NCBI GenBank assembly: GCA_963787125.1 | Contig: CAWBBV010000024.1 | Span: 1 to 64,000, forward strand | Length of the DNA: 64,000 nt | DNA from: an uncultured delta proteobacterium | Lineage (GTDB): Bacteria > Desulfobacterota > Desulfuromonadia > Geobacterales > DSM-12255 | Direction: 5' to 3' | Shown here: positions 37,445-46,088 of the stretch, one piece after another | How the letters are laid out: every line of letters starts with the position of its first letter | Position numbering within the stretch: the first letter of the stretch is position 1 | The notes under the pieces: model-generated | Told to the model about the DNA's origin: nothing | Seen by the model: only the letters and a program-made list of their open reading frames with translations | Databases searched by the model: none | Program-made: the position numbers and the translations under genes

Positions 37445-39142
37445 ATGCTGTTGCTCAATCCAAAACAGTTCGCCGAGAGTCATCCGGATCCAAAACTTAA
37501 CGAGATCCTCCGCAAAACTATTAATTTTTTCGAGACAAAAGGGAAGAAGAGCCTCAAAGAGGACGATCTTAACCGGGTCTGGTATACGGATTTTCTTGAA
37601 TTCATCAAACGTGAAAAGATCTTTGCAACCCTGCTGACGCCTGAAGGTTACGGCGACGCCGACTGCCGCTGGGACACCTCTCGGCTCTGTGCTTTCAATG
37701 AACTGCTCGGTTTTTACGGCCTTTGCTACTGGTACGCCTGGCAGGTTACCATTCTTGGGCTCGGGCCGATCTGGATGAGCAGCAACGAAGCGCTCAAGCG
37801 CAGGGCGGCACAGCTTCTGGATGAGGGGGCGATCTTTGCTTTTGGCCTGTCGGAAAAAGAGCATGGTGCTGACATTTATGCCAGTGACATGCTGCTCATC
37901 CCGGCAGGGGAGGGTGGATATGTCGCCAGGGGAGATAAATATTATATCGGCAACGGCAATGAAGCCGGCATGGTCTCAACTTTCGGACGGCTTCCGGATG
38001 GCGGGGATTATGTTTTCTTCGTTGTCAACAGCAAGCATGAAAAATACGAATTGGTGAAAAATATCACAGCCACCCAATCGTATGTGGCCGAGTTTATCCT
38101 GAATGACTATCCGGTTACAGAAGAAGATATCCTTTCCCGTGGCGATGAAGCCTGGAATGCGACCCTTAATACGGTCAATATCGGCAAGTACAATCTGGGC
38201 TGGGCGTCCATCGGCATCTGCACCCATGCATTTTATGAAGCCATCAACCACGCCTCCGGGCGCAGTCTCTATGGGATGCATGTCACTGATTTCCCCCATG
38301 TAAAGCAGATGTTTGTCGACGCTTTTGCCCGCCTTGCGGCCATGAAGCTCTTTGCGTTACGAGCTGCGGATTATTTCCGCTGTGCATCAGCAGAAGATCG
38401 TCGTTATCTCCTTTATAACCCGGTAGTGAAAATGAAGGTTACTACCCAGGGTGAAGAGGTTATCAACCTCCTTTGGGATGTTATTGCCGCCAAGGGCTTC
38501 GAAAAGGATATGTATTTCGATACGGCAGCCCGTGATATCCGGGGTCTGCCAAAGCTGGAAGGGACTGTCCATGTTAACATCGCCCTGATCGTAAAGTTTA
38601 TGCAAAACTATTTCTTTAGCCCGGCTGACTATCCAGCTGTCCCTCGCCGGGATGATGCGAAGAATGACGATTTTCTCTTTGATCAAGGGGCGACAAAAGG
38701 GCTGGGCAAGATCCGTTTTCACGATTACCGCCCTGTTTATGCAGGCAGCAGTCTGCCGAATGTGCAGAAATTTGCCGGGCAGATTGAACTGTTTCGCGAG
38801 TTTTTACTCAAAGCTACACCCGATTCAGCCCAGCAGAAGGATATTGATTTTCTGCTCACCGTTGGCGAGATCTTTACCCTGGTCGTTTATGGTCAGTTGA
38901 TTCTTGAAAGCGCGGCGATTCAGTGTATCGAAGATGATGTTGTCGATCAGATCTTTGACTTCATGGTACGGGATTTCTCCAAATTCTCGTTGCAGCTTTA
39001 TTCCAAAACTTCCACTACTGACTTACAGATGAAGTTGGCTATGGGTATGATTGAGAAACCACACGTCGATCTAGAGCGCTATCAGCGTGTTCTCGACAGT
39101 TACGTCTACTCCCTGCAAGGGGCCTATATAATGGCTGATTAA
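37445..39142 (+). CDS. Acyl-CoA dehydrogenase family protein (565 aa)
   Basis: FGLSEKEHGAD, KYYIGNGN, NIGKYNLG, GLPKLEGTVHVN. Confidence 0.9.
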   Translation: MLLLNPKQFAESHPDPKLNEILRKTINFFETKGKKSLKEDDLNRVWYTDFLEFIKREKIFATLLTPEGYGDADCRWDTSRLCAFNELLGFYGLCYWYAWQVTILGLGPIWMSSNEALKRRAAQLLDEGAIFAFGLSEKEHGADIYASDMLLIPAGEGGYVARGDKYYIGNGNEAGMVSTFGRLPDGGDYVFFVVNSKHEKYELVKNITATQSYVAEFILNDYPVTEEDILSRGDEAWNATLNTVNIGKYNLGWASIGICTHAFYEAINHASGRSLYGMHVTDFPHVKQMFVDAFARLAAMKLFALRAADYFRCASAEDRRYLLYNPVVKMKVTTQGEEVINLLWDVIAAKGFEKDMYFDTAARDIRGLPKLEGTVHVNIALIVKFMQNYFFSPADYPAVPRRDDAKNDDFLFDQGATKGLGKIRFHDYRPVYAGSSLPNVQKFAGQIELFREFLLKATPDSAQQKDIDFLLTVGEIFTLVVYGQLILESAAIQCIEDDVVDQIFDFMVRDFSKFSLQLYSKTSTTDLQMKLAMGMIEKPHVDLERYQRVLDSYVYSLQGAYIMAD

Positions 39143-39165
39143 TTCAGCGGAAAAGGAGTTGCAAG

Positions 39166-39555
39166 ATGAAAACAAGTGAAGTGATGGCCAGATCAAAATT
39201 CATAAAGCATCGAGACAAGATGATCCTTAATTTTGATTTTTCCGGTCTTGATATTGAAGACACCAGACAGGTCGGCGAATATGTGAAGGGTTTGATCTGC
39301 CGGATGCCGAAGGGTTCAGTATTGACGCTTGTGAATGTCACCAACATGAAATTCGACTCTGCTTTCAAGGACTTTTCTAATGATCTGGCCGCGCACAATA
39401 AGCCTTATGTACTGGCCGGGGCAGTTATCGGGGTTGAAGGGTGGAAAAAACTGGTTCTATGGGTGGCCATGAAGTTATCCGGCCGTACTAACCTGAAAAC
39501 GTTTGATGATGTTGAGGAGGCGAAGGAGTGGCTGGTAAGCTATAATCCCAAATAG
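39166..39555 (+). CDS. Small STAS/SEC14 (SpoIIAA-like) fold protein, copy 1
   Basis: 129 aa; AVIGVEG and KTFDDVEEAKEWL tail; AAGGAG RBS. Confidence 0.65.
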   Translation: MKTSEVMARSKFIKHRDKMILNFDFSGLDIEDTRQVGEYVKGLICRMPKGSVLTLVNVTNMKFDSAFKDFSNDLAAHNKPYVLAGAVIGVEGWKKLVLWVAMKLSGRTNLKTFDDVEEAKEWLVSYNPK

Positions 39556-39726
39556 ATTTTCATACTAAAACCTCAGGACTTACTTGCAAATTTTGCTGGA
39601 TTTGGGCGCGATTAAATATTCAAATGCTGAGCAACTGCGCTGCCAGTCTGTTTTTGATACTAACGGCTACTCCCTGAAAGGGGTTTACAGTATGGCTGAA
39701 TAATACTGCTGAAAAGGAGTCAAGAG

Positions 39727-40116
39727 ATGAAAACAAGTGAAGTGATGACCCGCGGAAAGTTTTACAAGCATGCAGAAAAGATGATACTGAATCTGGATTT
39801 CTCTGATCTTGACCATGGTGATGCTGTTCAGCTGTGCGAGTACACAAAGGGGATTATAGCCCGGATGCCGCCAACCTCTTTGCTGACGCTGGTCAACGTG
39901 ACTAATACTACTTATAACCAGGCGTTCAGTGAGATGTTCCGCGATTTTGCCCAGCACAATAAACCCTATGTACTGGCTGGTGCGGTTGTGGGTGTTTCTG
40001 GCTGGAGAAAGCTGATACTCTGGACAACAATAAAACTGACCGGCAGGGCGAATCTTAAAGCGGTCGATACGGTTGAGGAGGCTCAAGAATGGCTTGTGAA
40101 CTATAAACCGAAATAG
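39727..40116 (+). CDS. Small STAS/SEC14 (SpoIIAA-like) fold protein, copy 2
   Basis: 129 aa; ungapped paralog of copy 1 (83/129 identical by manual count). Confidence 0.65.
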   Translation: MKTSEVMTRGKFYKHAEKMILNLDFSDLDHGDAVQLCEYTKGIIARMPPTSLLTLVNVTNTTYNQAFSEMFRDFAQHNKPYVLAGAVVGVSGWRKLILWTTIKLTGRANLKAVDTVEEAQEWLVNYKPK

Positions 40117-40180
40117 TTTCTATAGTTACAACCACTTGTTACTTTGTTTTTCCGGTAGATTTCAATCGCAATTATGAAAT

Positions 40181-40579
40181 CTATTTTCTCAAATTAAATT
40201 CATCGGTAATTCTCTGTTTATAAGCAGTGATATCTCTTTCAAGGGACAGAAGGGTAGAAACCTTCTGTTTGATGCTGTTCAGATGGGTATCGAGCAGCTC
40301 TATCAGCCTTGGCATGATTTTGTCAGGTACCTTCTGTTCCTTGTCAAAGAGATCGGCAAGTTCCTTCATCTCCTCCAGCGAAAGCCCCAGCGCTTTTACC
40401 TTCAGTACAAACTTGAATCTTTTGACATCTGCCTTCTCATAGTAACGAACTTTTCCGCCGGTTCTTTTGGGGAGATCTACCAATCCCATGGTCTCGTAGA
40501 GTCGAATGGTACGGGTGGTGATACCCAGTTTTTCGGCAAGGTCGCTAATCTGCATGTGGTCTTCATTACTTAATCGCAT
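40181..40579 (-). CDS. MerR-family regulator (LiuR-like)
   Basis: ISDLAEKLGITTRTIRLYETMGL..R.Y...KALGLSLEEMKEL; no metal-binding cysteines. Confidence 0.9.
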   Translation of the reverse strand: MRLSNEDHMQISDLAEKLGITTRTIRLYETMGLVDLPKRTGGKVRYYEKADVKRFKFVLKVKALGLSLEEMKELADLFDKEQKVPDKIMPRLIELLDTHLNSIKQKVSTLLSLERDITAYKQRITDEFNLRK

Positions 40580-40776
40580 ACTTCACCTCAATGTTAATGA
40601 TTGATTTATCGTTGATACATTAGTCATTGTCAAGATCTTTTACAGATATATCTGAGAACTGATACATTTTAAAAGCAGTTGCGCAATCTTGAAGATAATC
40701 GTATTGTTTCTGCCATTCTAACAGTTGGAGCTGCTGCTCATTACGGCAGTCAGTTAAGCGATTTGCAGGAGTTGCT

Positions 40777-42768
40777 ATGGGTATGGACACAACTTGCAGT
40801 TCTAACGATCTTCCGGCGGATTTTTTCCGGACTGAATTTGACAGATTCATGCAGATCTGTAGTGAAGCTCCGTTCGGTCTCGGGGTACTTGACCGTTATC
40901 TTCGCTACGTCATCCTCAATGATGGTATGGCGGCAATCTATGGGAAAAAGGTAGAAGATTGCATCGGTAAGACCTTGCTAGAGGTTGATTCACACGTAGC
41001 AACCGTTCTTGAGCCCATATCCCGCCATGCCCTAGATGATGGCATGGCTCTTAAGGAGGTGGAGTCTCGTCTGAGCGGGGAACCTGAGGATGATGACGCT
41101 GTTGCTCGCTATTGGCGGATCAGCTGCTATCCGTTGCCGGCGGCTGACGGCGGCATTCAGGGCGCCTGTCTGGTAATTCGTGATATTACCGAGCAGAAAG
41201 TGCGGGAGATGGCCCAGGAAGAGCGACTGAAATTTGAAGCGCTTCTCTCGGCATTATCTGCCGAGTTTATCAACATGGATGTCAGCGAAGTTGATACCCG
41301 GGTAGTGCAGGGGTTGAAGCGGGTCCATGAGTTTCTGGGCTATGACCGGGTCACCATCTGGCAGTTTTCTCCCGTTGACGGCCGCTGCAATCTGACTCAT
41401 TCCCACTCTCTGCCGGACATTAAACAGCCGCCTCCAATTATCGATGATATCATCCCTGTCTGGGTAAACATTGCACGTCAGGGCGAAACGTTTATGGTCG
41501 ATGATGTGGAGGATCTTCCAGATACCTTCTGGCGGGAGAAAAAATACAGTAAGGACCAGGGGGGTATCAAGTCGATGTTCTATATCCCCTTGAGAACGGG
41601 TGCGGATGTGCATGGGCTTATTTCCGTTGTTTCCTATCGCCGCAAGCGAGCCTGGATAGATGTTTTCATTCAGCGGTTCCGCCTGTTGGGCGAAATCTTT
41701 GCCAATGCCCTGGAGCGAAAGCGCAGTAACCAGAAAATGCAGCAGGCTTTTGCTGAGATTGAACAGTTGCGAGACCGGCTGCAGGCTGAAAATCTCTTCC
41801 TCCGTGATCAGATTGATATTGAACTCAGGCATGAAGAGATTATCGGTGAGTCGGAAGCGGTCAGGAAAGTCCTGCTGAAGGCCAGACAGGTTGCCACAAC
41901 CGGATCGACGGTTCTCATTCTGGGGGAGACCGGCACCGGCAAGGAGCTGTTGGCGCGTGCTATACACACCCAGAGTGCTCGCAAGGATCGGCCGATGATC
42001 AAGCTTAACTGTGCCGCTCTCCCGGCGACTTTGATCGAAGCCGAGCTGTTTGGCCGGGAAAAGGGGGCTTACACTGGAGCCACCACGCGGCAGATCGGGC
42101 GCTTTGAAGCTGCCAACGGCTCTACCATCTTTCTCGACGAAATCGGTGAACTCCCTCTGGAGCTGCAGTCAAAACTTCTGCGTGTGCTTCAGGAAGGGCA
42201 GTTCGAAAGACTGGGCAGCAACGATCCGGTAAAGGTCGACGTGCGCGTGATTGCTGCAACCAATCGCGACCTTGCCCAATTTGTCAAGGATGGCCGCTTT
42301 CGGGAAGACCTTTACTATCGCTTGAACGTCTTTCCAATTTCATTGCCGCCATTGCGGGAAAGAAAAGAGGATATTCCACTTCTGGTCCGGGCGATGGTCA
42401 AAGAGCTGGAAATGGTGTTTGGCAAGTCCATCGAGAGCATTCCGAAGAAAAATATGGATGCCCTGGAATGCTATTCCTGGCCCGGGAATATCAGGGAACT
42501 TCGCAATGCCATTGAACGGGCGATGATCCTGAATGATGGGCCGACCCTGGTAGTTGAGGTTTCCGCCAGCGGCGCAGGAATAACGCCACTTTCATATTCG
42601 CTTAAAAGTGTTGAGCGGACACATATCATTTCAACGTTGGAAAAAACCGGTTGGCGCGTTCGCGGCAAGAACGGCGCAGCAGCCCTGCTTGAACTCCCTC
42701 CTTCAACCCTTGAATCAAAGATGAAAAAGCTGATTATCAAGCGCAAACCCCAAGCGCACGATATATAG
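40777..42768 (+). CDS. Sigma-54-dependent activator (PAS-GAF-AAA+-HTH, FhlA-like)
   Basis: GETGTGKE, EAELFGREKGAYTGA, FLDEIGE, AATNR, FREDLYYRL, WPGNIREL, GAAALLEL HTH. Confidence 0.93.
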   Translation: MGMDTTCSSNDLPADFFRTEFDRFMQICSEAPFGLGVLDRYLRYVILNDGMAAIYGKKVEDCIGKTLLEVDSHVATVLEPISRHALDDGMALKEVESRLSGEPEDDDAVARYWRISCYPLPAADGGIQGACLVIRDITEQKVREMAQEERLKFEALLSALSAEFINMDVSEVDTRVVQGLKRVHEFLGYDRVTIWQFSPVDGRCNLTHSHSLPDIKQPPPIIDDIIPVWVNIARQGETFMVDDVEDLPDTFWREKKYSKDQGGIKSMFYIPLRTGADVHGLISVVSYRRKRAWIDVFIQRFRLLGEIFANALERKRSNQKMQQAFAEIEQLRDRLQAENLFLRDQIDIELRHEEIIGESEAVRKVLLKARQVATTGSTVLILGETGTGKELLARAIHTQSARKDRPMIKLNCAALPATLIEAELFGREKGAYTGATTRQIGRFEAANGSTIFLDEIGELPLELQSKLLRVLQEGQFERLGSNDPVKVDVRVIAATNRDLAQFVKDGRFREDLYYRLNVFPISLPPLRERKEDIPLLVRAMVKELEMVFGKSIESIPKKNMDALECYSWPGNIRELRNAIERAMILNDGPTLVVEVSASGAGITPLSYSLKSVERTHIISTLEKTGWRVRGKNGAAALLELPPSTLESKMKKLIIKRKPQAHDI

Positions 42769-42903
42769 TGGTTAGCACGATATGTCGTGCGTTACGGATT
42801 AATCAAGTCAGAATACTGCAAACCCCTTCCCTGTAAGCTAGTTACCTCTCCCCGTGCTCTCGGTTTTATTATGCCCAGTAACACGATATTTCGTGTTACT
42901 GGG
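42757..42903. promoter_or_regulatory. Three CACGATATnT(C/A)GTG palindromes, candidate enhancer (UAS) sites
   Basis: cacgatatatagtg (42757), gcacgatatgtcgtgc (42775), cccagtaacacga-tatt-tcgtgttactggg (42874-42903). Confidence 0.65.
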
Positions 42904-42992
42904 AGCGGCTTACCGTATTTAGAATATTATCTCAAGTTAATAAAAGAATAATATCAGCATCTTATATGTCAATTTGCTTTGGTATAATGTTT

Positions 42993-43008
42993 TGGCACAA
43001 CTGCTGCA
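42993..43008 (+). promoter_or_regulatory. Sigma-54 (-24/-12) promoter
   Basis: TGGCACAACTGCTGCA, i.e. GG-N10-GC, between the activator gene and the acyl-CoA dehydrogenase operon. Confidence 0.8.
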
Positions 43009-43217
43009 AAACATTGTTGTATAAAAGCGTAAACAAAAAAATAATGTAATTTCGGAATGTTAAGGCTGATATGAATGGACTAATACAGTTCCGGGCAGTA
43101 GCCAATGCTCTCAAGGTTGCATTCGTCGAATTAAAAACGCTATTTCGAGTAACACCATTATAGAAAAATCGAGCGTCAATAAAGACCACACTGTCTTAAC
43201 AAAAACGGAGGGAATCG

Positions 43218-44357
43218 ATGAATTTCGAACTAAGCCAGGACCACAAAGTACTACAGGATGCAGTCCGTGATTTCGTCAATAAAGAGATCAAACCGATAGC
43301 CATGAAGATCGACGAAGACCATGCCATCCCCGATGAACTGGTCAAAAAGATGGCCGACATGGGCTTTCTCGGCAGCTACCTGCCCGAAGAGTACGGCGGC
43401 GCCGGACTCGACATGCTTGCCTACGCCATCGTTGTCGAAGAAGTCTCCAAAGCCTGCGGTTCCAGCGGCGTCCTCATCTCCGCCCACACCTCCCTCTGCT
43501 CCGGTCCCATCTACACCTTCGGCACCCCCGAGCAGAAGAAGAAATGGCTGCCGGCCTTGAACAGCGGCGAGAAAATCGGCTGTTTCCTCCTCACCGAACC
43601 GGATGCAGGTAGTGACGCCGGCGGCACCGCCACCACCTACACCCGTGACGGCGATCACTTCGTCATCAACGGCAGCAAAACCTTTATCACCAACGGCGGC
43701 TACCTGGGCACCGGCGTCCTTCTGGCCTCCTTTGACAAAAGCCTCAAGCACAAAGGTATCTCCGCCTTCATCGTCGACCTCTCCTCACCCGGAGTTACCA
43801 TACTTAAAAACGAAAACAAAATGGGCATTCGCGGCAGCTACACCACCGCCTTTGCCTTTGACAACCTGCGCGTCCCGGTAGAGAACCTCCTCGGCCAGGA
43901 AGGCAAAGGCTTCAACATCGCCATGGACACTCTCAACGGCGGCCGGATCGGCATCGCCTCCCAAGCGCTCGGCATCGCTGAAGGGGCCTTCGAGCGGGCC
44001 CTTGCCTACTCCAAAGAGCGCAAACAGTTCGGTCAGGCCATCTGCGAATTCCAGGCGATCCAGTTCAAACTGGCTGACATGTGGACCCGGATCGAAACCA
44101 GCAAACTGCTCACCTACAAAGCCGCCTGCCTCAAAGACGCCAAAAAGAGCTACACCATGGAATCGGCCATGTGCAAGATGCACGCCTCTGAAACCGCCAC
44201 CTTTGTCACCAAAGAAGCGATTCAGGTTCATGGCGGCTACGGCTACATCGTCGACTACGAAGTGGAGCGGATGTACCGCGACGCCAAGATCACCGAGATC
44301 TATGAAGGGACCAATGAAGTGCAAAGGGTAGTCATTTCGAAACTGTTGTTGTCATAA
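43218..44357 (+). CDS. Short-chain (butyryl-CoA-type) acyl-CoA dehydrogenase
   Basis: FLLTEPDAGSD, NGSKTFITN, TLNGGRIGIASQALG, QVHGGYGY, YRDAKITEIYEGTNEVQR. Confidence 0.93.
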   Translation: MNFELSQDHKVLQDAVRDFVNKEIKPIAMKIDEDHAIPDELVKKMADMGFLGSYLPEEYGGAGLDMLAYAIVVEEVSKACGSSGVLISAHTSLCSGPIYTFGTPEQKKKWLPALNSGEKIGCFLLTEPDAGSDAGGTATTYTRDGDHFVINGSKTFITNGGYLGTGVLLASFDKSLKHKGISAFIVDLSSPGVTILKNENKMGIRGSYTTAFAFDNLRVPVENLLGQEGKGFNIAMDTLNGGRIGIASQALGIAEGAFERALAYSKERKQFGQAICEFQAIQFKLADMWTRIETSKLLTYKAACLKDAKKSYTMESAMCKMHASETATFVTKEAIQVHGGYGYIVDYEVERMYRDAKITEIYEGTNEVQRVVISKLLLS

Positions 44358-44370
44358 GGGGAATCTATTT

Positions 44371-45717
44371 ATGTCAGGTATCTGGAAAAGTCAGTATCGC
44401 AAAAAACTGAGAAGCGCCGATGATGCTGTTGGCATGGTCAAATCAGGCGATGTCATTTTCATGGGTGAATTCGCCCAGAACATCGAGGCACTGGATGCAG
44501 CCCTGGCCAGGAGAAAGCATGAGCTGGCGGACATCATCCTGGAAACCACTACCCGGACCAGACCGCTTAAATGTGTTGAGGTCGATCCAAAGAGGGAGGT
44601 CTTTACCTGGGGTGATTGGCACTTTTCCGGGGTAGGGCGGAAATTCTCCGAACAGGGACTCGCGAGCTACATCCCCTTTACCTATCATCAAGGTCCGGGG
44701 GCGGTTACCAAATACAACAAGGTCGATGTGGCTTTTGTCCAGGTAGCACCCATGGATGACAAAGGTTTCTTTAATTTCTCCACCTCCTGCTCCCTGACTC
44801 CTGCTTATTGTCATAAGGCAAAAACGGTCATCGTCGAAGTGAACAGCAACTGCCCGCGCTGTTATGGCGGCAACAGCGAGGGAATCCATGTCTCCGAAGT
44901 CGATTTCGTGGTGGAGGGGCCGAACAACCCGCTCCTGGAACTTCCTGCAGCCGCGGCCAGCGAAGCGGACCGGGGGATAGCCGCCCATGTCATGGAGCTG
45001 ATGGAAGACGGCGCCACCATCCAGCTTGGGATTGGCGGTCTTCCCAATGTGGTCGGTTCCATGATTGCCCAGAGCGACTTGAAAGATATCGGCGTTCACA
45101 CCGAGATGCTGGCCGACTCCTACGTGGAGATGTACGAAGCGGGGAGGGTGACCGGCAAACGGAAGAATATCGACAAAGGGAAGATGGTCTACACCTTTGC
45201 CATGGGGTCGCGCAAACTGTACGACTTTCTCGACAACAACCCTATGTGCGCCTCCTATCCGGTCAATTACACCAATGACCCGGAAAATATCTGCAAGAAC
45301 GACAAGGTGATTGCCATCAATAATGCCCTGGAAGTGGATCTCTTTTCCCAGGTCGCGTCCGAATCCAGCGGCGCCCGGCAGATATCCGGAACCGGCGGCC
45401 AGCTTGACTTCATCTTCGGCGCCTTTAAGTCCGAGGGTGGCAAGGGGCTGATCTGTATCAGCTCCACCTTCAAGAAAAAAGACGGCACCATCGGCTCCCG
45501 CATCGTCCCGACCCTTTCTCCTGGGACGATTGTTACCTGTCCGCGCTCCATTGTTCATTATGTGGTAACCGAGTTCGGCTATGCCCAGTTAAAAGGGAAA
45601 TCCACCTGGCAGCGGGCCGAAGCGCTGATCAATATCGCCCACCCCGATTTTCGGGATGAACTGGTCAAGCAGGCGCAGGAACTGAATATCTGGCGGCACA
45701 GCAACAAGATTGTTTGA
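44371..45717 (+). CDS. Acetyl-CoA hydrolase/transferase family (4-hydroxybutyrate/butyrate CoA-transferase-like)
   Basis: DGATIQLGIGGLP, GVHTEM, QISGTGGQLDF, YVVTEFG, IAHPDFRDEL. Confidence 0.92.
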   Translation: MSGIWKSQYRKKLRSADDAVGMVKSGDVIFMGEFAQNIEALDAALARRKHELADIILETTTRTRPLKCVEVDPKREVFTWGDWHFSGVGRKFSEQGLASYIPFTYHQGPGAVTKYNKVDVAFVQVAPMDDKGFFNFSTSCSLTPAYCHKAKTVIVEVNSNCPRCYGGNSEGIHVSEVDFVVEGPNNPLLELPAAAASEADRGIAAHVMELMEDGATIQLGIGGLPNVVGSMIAQSDLKDIGVHTEMLADSYVEMYEAGRVTGKRKNIDKGKMVYTFAMGSRKLYDFLDNNPMCASYPVNYTNDPENICKNDKVIAINNALEVDLFSQVASESSGARQISGTGGQLDFIFGAFKSEGGKGLICISSTFKKKDGTIGSRIVPTLSPGTIVTCPRSIVHYVVTEFGYAQLKGKSTWQRAEALINIAHPDFRDELVKQAQELNIWRHSNKIV

Positions 45718-45769
45718 TCGGGCTAACCGCACGTGAAGACGAATAATTTACTAAAAGGAGATGGCAGCT

Positions 45770-46075
45770 ATGGCAAAAGATTACAACTGGGACGCAATTG
45801 CACAAAGCCCGAAATTCCGGGAACTTCATCGGCGGAAAAAAAACTTTCTCTTCGGCTGGTGGGCCTTCGCATCGGTTTTTTACCTCCTCCTGCTCCTCGG
45901 CGTTGGCTACGCCCCCGATCTGTTCAAGATAAAAGTGATCGGCAATATTAATGTCTGTTATCTGTTCGCGCTGCTCCAGTTTGTGTCTTCCTGGGGGATT
46001 GCTATCTATTACGCCCATGTGGCTAACAAAGATTTCGACCGGATGACGACAGAACTTCTCAACGAAATCGGATAA
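45770..46075 (+). CDS. DUF485 (YjcH-like) membrane protein, ActP partner
   Basis: SPKFREL, two TM helices, ANKDFD; directly upstream of actP. Confidence 0.88.
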   Translation: MAKDYNWDAIAQSPKFRELHRRKKNFLFGWWAFASVFYLLLLLGVGYAPDLFKIKVIGNINVCYLFALLQFVSSWGIAIYYAHVANKDFDRMTTELLNEIG

Positions 46076-46088
46076 GGGAGAATTTACG

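Noticed and set aside
36377..37864. 495-aa antisense ORF (also 28195..29409, 44443..45558, 7777..8763)
   Set aside because: Each overlaps well-supported plus-strand genes and has no protein-family features.
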